DNA of 64,000 nucleotides from the NCBI GenBank assembly GCA_047602405.1, contig JASGHJ010000002.1:3072001-3136000 (forward strand), in the 5' to 3' direction. The notes under the pieces were generated by a model. It saw only the letters and a list, made by a program, of their open reading frames with translations, did no database searches and was not told the origin of the DNA. The stretch's first letter is position 1. Every line of letters starts with the position of its first letter. Made by a program: the position numbers and the translations under genes. The DNA comes from Anaeromyxobacteraceae bacterium. Its GTDB lineage: Bacteria > Myxococcota > Myxococcia > Myxococcales > Anaeromyxobacteraceae. This document shows positions 57,669-64,000 of this stretch, in pieces.

Positions 57669-59831
57669 ATGGAAGAGCCCGCGGTCTGGCCGGGGCGACC
57701 TTTCCCCCTCGGGGCCACGCTCGACGCCGGCGGCGTCAACTTCGCGGTCTTCTCGCGCGACGCCGAGCGGATCGAGCTGTGCCTCTACGACCCCGCCGAC
57801 CACCGCCGCGAGACCCGGCGCGTCCGCCTGCGCGAGCGCACCGGGCACGTCTTCCACGGCTACCTGCCGGGCGTGAAGCTCGGGACGCCCTACGGCTACC
57901 GGGCGCACGGCCCCTACGCGCCGGCGGAGGGGCTCCGGTTCAACCCGGCGAAGCTGCTCGTCGACCCGTACGCGCGCGCGATCTCCGGCGAGGTCGACCT
58001 GGACGGGCCGGTCTTCGGGTACCCGCTCGGCGGCGCCGACGAGGACCTCGTGCCGTGCGAGCGCGACAGCGCCCCGTGGATGCCGCGCTCGATCGTCTGC
58101 GACGGCGAGGCGTTCGACTGGGGCGACGACCGGCCGCCGCGGACCCCGTGGCACCGCTCGATCGTCTACGAGGTCCACGTGAAGGGGTTCACGCAGCGCC
58201 ACCCCGGCGTGCCCCCGGAGCTCCGCGGCACCTACAGCGGCTTCGCCTCCCCGCCCGCCATCGACCACCTCGTGAAGCTCGGGGTCACCGCCGTCGAGCT
58301 CCTGCCGGTGCACGAGTACGCCGAGGAGCCGTTCCTGCGCGGGCGCGGGCTCACCAACTACTGGGGCTACTCGACCCTCGGCTACTTCGCCCCGGAGCAG
58401 CGCTACGCGCGCGAGAGCGGAGGGCAGCAGGTCGAGGAGTTCAAGGAGCTCGTGAAGGCGCTCCACCGCGCCGGGCTCGAGGTGCTCCTCGACGTCGTCT
58501 ACAACCACACCGCCGAGGGCAACCACCTCGGGCCGACGCTCTCCCTGAAGGGCCTCGACAACCGGACCTACTACCGGCTCTCCCCGGAGAACCCGCGGTT
58601 CTCGTGGGACGTGACCGGCACCGGCAACACCCTCGACACGACCGACCCCCAGACGCTGAAGCTCGTCATGGACTCGCTCCGCTACTGGGTCGAGGAGATG
58701 CACGTCGACGGGTTCCGCTTCGACCTCGCCGCCGCGCTCGCCCGGGACCCGGAGGCCTTCGATCCCGCGTCGCGGTTCCTCGCCGCCGTGCACCAGGACC
58801 CGGTGCTCGAGCGGGTGAAGCTCATCGCGGAGCCCTGGGACGTCGGGCCGGGCGGGTACCAGGTCGGCGGCTTCCCGGTGCGCTGGTCGGAGTGGAACGG
58901 CCGCTACCGCGACGTCGTGCGGCGGCTGTGGAAGGGCGACTGGGACGTGGCGCGGGAGCTCGGCTACCGGCTCACCGGCTCCGCCGACCTCTACGAGGCG
59001 GCGGGCCGGAAGATCTACGCGTCGGTGAACTTCGTGACCGCGCACGACGGCTTCACCCTGCGCGATCTCGTCACCTACGAGCACAAGCACAACGAGGCGA
59101 ACGGCGAGGGCAACCGCGACGGGACCGACGAGAACCACGCCTGGAACTGCGGGGTGGAGGGCGAGACCGACGACCCCGCGGTGAACGCGCTCCGGGACCG
59201 GCAGATGCGGAACCTCCTCGGCACGCTCCTCGTGTCGCAGGGCGTCCCGATGATCTCGGCCGGCGACGAGCTCATGAAGACGCAGGGCGGGAACAACAAC
59301 GCCTACTGCCACGACGACGCGCTCTCGTGGCTCGACTGGGACCTCGACGACCGGCGCCGCGCGTTCCTGGGCTTCGTGCGGCGGATGATCCGCCTCAGGC
59401 TCTCGCAGCCGGTGCTGCAGCGCCGCCGCTTCTTCCGCGGCGCCCAGCTGTGGGACTCGTCGCTGAAGGACCTCGCCTGGTTCCGGCCCGACGGCGACGA
59501 GATGCGCCCGGACGACTGGACGAAGCCCTACGCGCGCTCGCTCGCGTTCCTCCTCGGCGGGGACGCCATCGCGACCCCCGACGAGCGCGGCGTGCGGATC
59601 GTGGGCGACACGCTGCTCGTGCTCATCAACGCCGCGCCGGAGCCGGTGACCTACCGGCTGCCCGACGTGACCTGGGGCGAGGAGTGGGAGATCCTGGTCG
59701 ACACCGCGGGGGCTTCCGACGCGAAGCGCGACCACGTGGCGGCGCGGGGGACGGTCCCGGTCGAGGCCCGCTCGCTGGTGGTGCTGTCCCGGCCGGCCTC
59801 GCAGCCGGGCGGGCGCGTGGCGCGGTCGTAG
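57669..59831 (+). CDS. glgX: Glycogen debranching enzyme (GH13 isoamylase)
   Basis: PLGAT, NYWGY, DVVYNHTAEG, DGFRFDLA, IAEPWD, NFVTAHDGFTL, GNNNAYC. Confidence 0.97.
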   Translation: MEEPAVWPGRPFPLGATLDAGGVNFAVFSRDAERIELCLYDPADHRRETRRVRLRERTGHVFHGYLPGVKLGTPYGYRAHGPYAPAEGLRFNPAKLLVDPYARAISGEVDLDGPVFGYPLGGADEDLVPCERDSAPWMPRSIVCDGEAFDWGDDRPPRTPWHRSIVYEVHVKGFTQRHPGVPPELRGTYSGFASPPAIDHLVKLGVTAVELLPVHEYAEEPFLRGRGLTNYWGYSTLGYFAPEQRYARESGGQQVEEFKELVKALHRAGLEVLLDVVYNHTAEGNHLGPTLSLKGLDNRTYYRLSPENPRFSWDVTGTGNTLDTTDPQTLKLVMDSLRYWVEEMHVDGFRFDLAAALARDPEAFDPASRFLAAVHQDPVLERVKLIAEPWDVGPGGYQVGGFPVRWSEWNGRYRDVVRRLWKGDWDVARELGYRLTGSADLYEAAGRKIYASVNFVTAHDGFTLRDLVTYEHKHNEANGEGNRDGTDENHAWNCGVEGETDDPAVNALRDRQMRNLLGTLLVSQGVPMISAGDELMKTQGGNNNAYCHDDALSWLDWDLDDRRRAFLGFVRRMIRLRLSQPVLQRRRFFRGAQLWDSSLKDLAWFRPDGDEMRPDDWTKPYARSLAFLLGGDAIATPDERGVRIVGDTLLVLINAAPEPVTYRLPDVTWGEEWEILVDTAGASDAKRDHVAARGTVPVEARSLVVLSRPASQPGGRVARS

Positions 59832-59867
59832 CCGCTGGGCAGGGGGCCGCGCTATCATCCGCGCCCC

Positions 59868-61322
<1,455 letters not shown>

Positions 61323-61337
61323 CGGGAAGCCGCGGCC

Positions 61338-64000
61338 GTGGCCGAGACGCACCTCCTCCCCGGCGTCCCCGCGGCGGACCTCGCGCCCGCCTCGGCGGAG
61401 CGCGTCCATCGCCTCGAGCGGCGGCTCGGCCCGTCCTCGGCGGAGCTCCTCGAGGCGTGCCGGCTGACCGCCGACCCCGACCTCGCGCTCGCGGGCGTGG
61501 AGCGCTACCTCGACGCGGCGGGCGCGCTGCCGGGCCGGCGCGATCTCCTCGAGGCGCTCGCGCTGCTGTGCGGCTCCTCCGCGCTCGTCGCCACCCTGCT
61601 CGCCCGCGCCCCGCACCTGCTCTGGCGCGCCGCGCGGCCGCGCCGGCTCGCGCGGCCGCGGGCGGAGGCGGAATCTGAGGCGCGTGCTCGAGCGCGCCGT
61701 GCGCAGGCTCGCGCCCGACGACGTCGCCGGGTTCCACCGGCTGCTGCGCCGGCTGCGCGCGCGGGAGGTGGTGCGGATCGCGCTCCGGGATCTGCGGCGC
61801 GCGCGGGTGACGGAGGTGACCGGCGAGCTCTCGGCGCTCGCCTGCGCCTGCCTCGACGCCGCCATCCGGTTCCACGAGCGGCGCCTGCGCCTGCGTCACG
61901 GCGCGCCGGCCGGGTTCGAGGGGGCGCCGTACGGCAGCGGCTTCTGCGCCATCGCGATGGGGAAGCTCGGCGCGCGGGAGCTCAACTTCTCCTCCGACGT
62001 CGACCTCGTCTACGTCTACGGGCCCGACGGGCAGACCGCGGGCGTGGGCGGCGAGCGGTCGACCACGCACTTCGCCTACTACGCGAAGCTCGCCGAGCAC
62101 GTCACCGAGGCCATCAACCGGCCCACCGAGGACGGCTACGTCTTCCGCGTCGACCTCAACCTGCGGCCGGACGGGCAGAACGGCCCCATCGTCAACAGCG
62201 TCCGGGCCGCCGGCCTCTACTACGAGACCTTCGGCCGCAGCTGGGAGCGCAACGCGCTCGTGAAGGCCCGCGCCGCGGCGGGCGACGTCGCGGTGGGCGA
62301 GGAGCTCCTGCGCGGGCTCGAGCCGTTCGTGTTCCGCTCGAGCCTGGACCTCGAGGTGGTGCAGGAGATCCACGCGATGAAGGCGCGCATCGACGCGCGC
62401 GCCGGCGCGGAGGGGCGCGAGGACCTGAAGCTCGGGCGCGGCGGGATCCGGGAGATCGAGTTCTTCGTGTCCGCGCTGCAGCTGCTGCACGGGGGGCGCA
62501 AGGAGGGGCGCGCGCTGCGCGAGCGTTCGGTGATCCCGGCGCTGGACCGGCTGCTGTTCGCCGGCATCGTCCCGGTGCGGGACCGGGACCGGCTCGCCGA
62601 CGCCTGGCTCTTCCTGCGCCGCGCCGAGCACCGGGTGCAGATGGTGGAGGGCGCGCAGACGCACCGCCTGCCGCCGCCCGGGGAGCGGCTGCCGCTCGCG
62701 CGCTCGATGGGCTACGCGAGCGAGGCCGCGTTCGAGCAGGCGCTCGGGCTCCACCGCGACCGGGTGGCGGAGCTGTTCGGCGGGCTGCTCGGCGCCGCGG
62801 GCGCCGACGCGCCGAAGCTCGACCCGGAGCTCGCGCTCCTCGCGGACCCGGAGGTCGCCGCCGACCGGCGCGCCGCGATCGCGACGCGGCGCGGGCTCGC
62901 CGACCCGGAGCGCGCGCTCGCGGCGATCGACGCGATGGCGCGGCGGCGCACGCCGTTCGGGCGGCTCGGCGACGTCCACGCGGCGGTCGCCCTCCTCGAG
63001 GACGCGCTCGGCACGCCCGACCCGGACCAGGCGCTCGCGCACCTCGCCGACTTCTCCGCCGCGCTCCGGAACCCGGAGCCGTACTTCACCGTGCTCCGCG
63101 AGCGGCGGCAGGTGTCGCGCCTCCTCCTCTCGCTGTTCGGCACCTCCGACTTCCTCTCGAAGCGGTTCCTCCGGCACCCGGAGCTCATCGACGCGCTGCT
63201 GCGCGAGGGCCGGGTGGAGGTGAAGGGGGCGGAGGCGTTCCGGCGCGAGCTCGACGAGCGGCTCCTCGCGCTCCCGTCCGGGCCGGCCGACGGCATCGAC
63301 GTGCGGCTCGAGGACGAGCTCGGCGAGCTGCGCCGGTACCGCAACGAGGAGATCCTGCGGATCGGCCTCTCGGACATCGCCGGCACGCTCGAGCTCGAGC
63401 CGGTGGCGGCGCAGCTGACCGCGCTCGCCGAGGCGTGCCTCGACCGGTGCCTCGACGCCGCGGAGCGCGAGGCGCGGGCGCGCGGCGGGGCGCCGCCGGG
63501 GCGGCTGTGCGTGGTGGGCATGGGGAAGCTCGGCGGCCGGGAGCTCGGGTACCACTCCGACCTGGATCTCATCTTCCTGTACCCGCGGGAGGCCGGACCG
63601 GAGCTGCACCACGCGTACGCGCGGATCGCGCAGCGGTTCCTCGCGTTCCTGCAGATGCCGCTGCGCGAGGGGCGGCTGTACCAGATCGACACCCGGCTGC
63701 GGCCCTCCGGGAACCAGGGCGCGCTCGTGGTCGGCGTCGACGGGTTCACCCGGTACCACCTCGGCGACGGGGCCGCGGTGGGCGGGGTGCGGTCGCAGAC
63801 GTGGGAGCACCAGGCGCTGCTCCGCGCGCGCCACGTGGCCGGGGATCCGGCGCCGTTCCGGGAGGTCGAGGAGCGGGTGATCCAGCCGGTGGTGTACGCG
63901 CCCCGGCCCGACCGCGCCGCGCTCGCCGGGGAGATCCGGCGGATGCGCGAGCGGATGGAGAGCGAGATCGGGAAGGAGGCGTCGCGGGGCCGGAACCCGA
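61338..64000 (+). CDS. glnE: Bifunctional glutamine synthetase adenylyltransferase/deadenylase, truncated by the window end (frameshift at 61671-61675)
   Basis: AMGKLGARELNFSSDVDL, FRVDLNLRPDG, KLGRGGIREIEF, second domain GMGKLGGRELGYHSDLDL and IDTRLRPSG. Confidence 0.93.
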   Translation, partial: MAETHLLPGVPAADLAPASAERVHRLERRLGPSSAELLEACRLTADPDLALAGVERYLDAAGALPGRRDLLEALALLCGSSALVATLLARAPHLLWRAARPRRLARPRAEAESEARARARRAQARARRRRRVPPAAAPAARAGGGADRAPGSAARAGDGGDRRALGARLRLPRRRHPVPRAAPAPASRRAGRVRGGAVRQRLLRHRDGEARRAGAQLLLRRRPRLRLRARRADRGRGRRAVDHALRLLREARRARHRGHQPAHRGRLRLPRRPQPAAGRAERPHRQQRPGRRPLLRDLRPQLGAQRAREGPRRGGRRRGGRGAPARARAVRVPLEPGPRGGAGDPRDEGAHRRARRRGGARGPEARARRDPGDRVLRVRAAAAARGAQGGARAARAFGDPGAGPAAVRRHRPGAGPGPARRRLALPAPRRAPGADGGGRADAPPAAARGAAAARALDGLRERGRVRAGARAPPRPGGGAVRRAARRRGRRRAEARPGARAPRGPGGRRRPARRDRDAARARRPGARARGDRRDGAAAHAVRAARRRPRGGRPPRGRARHARPGPGARAPRRLLRRAPEPGAVLHRAPRAAAGVAPPPLAVRHLRLPLEAVPPAPGAHRRAAARGPGGGEGGGGVPARARRAAPRAPVRAGRRHRRAARGRARRAAPVPQRGDPADRPLGHRRHARARAGGGAADRARRGVPRPVPRRRGARGAGARRGAAGAAVRGGHGEARRPGARVPLRPGSHLPVPAGGRTGAAPRVRADRAAVPRVPADAAARGAAVPDRHPAAALREPGRARGRRRRVHPVPPRRRGRGGRGAVADVGAPGAAPRAPRGRGSGAVPGGRGAGDPAGGVRAPARPRRARRGDPADARADGERDREGGVAGPEP

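Noticed and set aside
41740..59867. Prophage or integrative element
   Set aside because: No integrase, phage or conjugation genes, no tRNA target, and no obvious compositional shift by eye.

Overview
Very GC-rich bacterial chromosome segment. Gene content and sequence style point to Myxococcota, most likely an Anaeromyxobacter-like organism (inference, no database search). Bases 1-31.4 kb are mostly minus-strand core genes: rimP-nusA-ylxR-infB; otsB-xseA-xseB-response regulator-ispA-dxs-tlyA; alkaline phosphatase; hemE-hemN-hemH; lysS-lolC/E-lolD-bamA-skp-lpxD-fabZ-lpxA-lpxI-DUF167. Bases 31.6-42.5 kb carry a GH57 branching enzyme with a DUF4912 partner, a multidomain Ser/Thr kinase, an Omp85-DUF4390-histidine kinase-SDR operon and hypothetical genes. 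Bases 42.5-43.5 kb are non-coding but highly structured: a 7 x 17-bp tandem array, two diverged inverted copies of a ~250-bp element whose internal stems show compensatory changes, and a duplicated 3' end of the neighbouring gene. Bases 43.4-59.8 kb hold an RpoH-family sigma factor behind a sigma54-type promoter, an ABC exporter, a kinase-like membrane protein lacking its ATPase domain, a divergent glycan cluster (3 CgeB-type glycosyltransferases, GT4, 2 epimerases, 2 oxidoreductases, ugd) and glgX. The window ends with a sigma54-type response regulator and partial glnE. Nine genes have frameshifts, all at or next to GATC or GAAGAGC/AGCT contexts; these are most likely sequencing or consensus errors, not pseudogenes. 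No rRNA, tRNA, CRISPR-Cas or transposase was seen.
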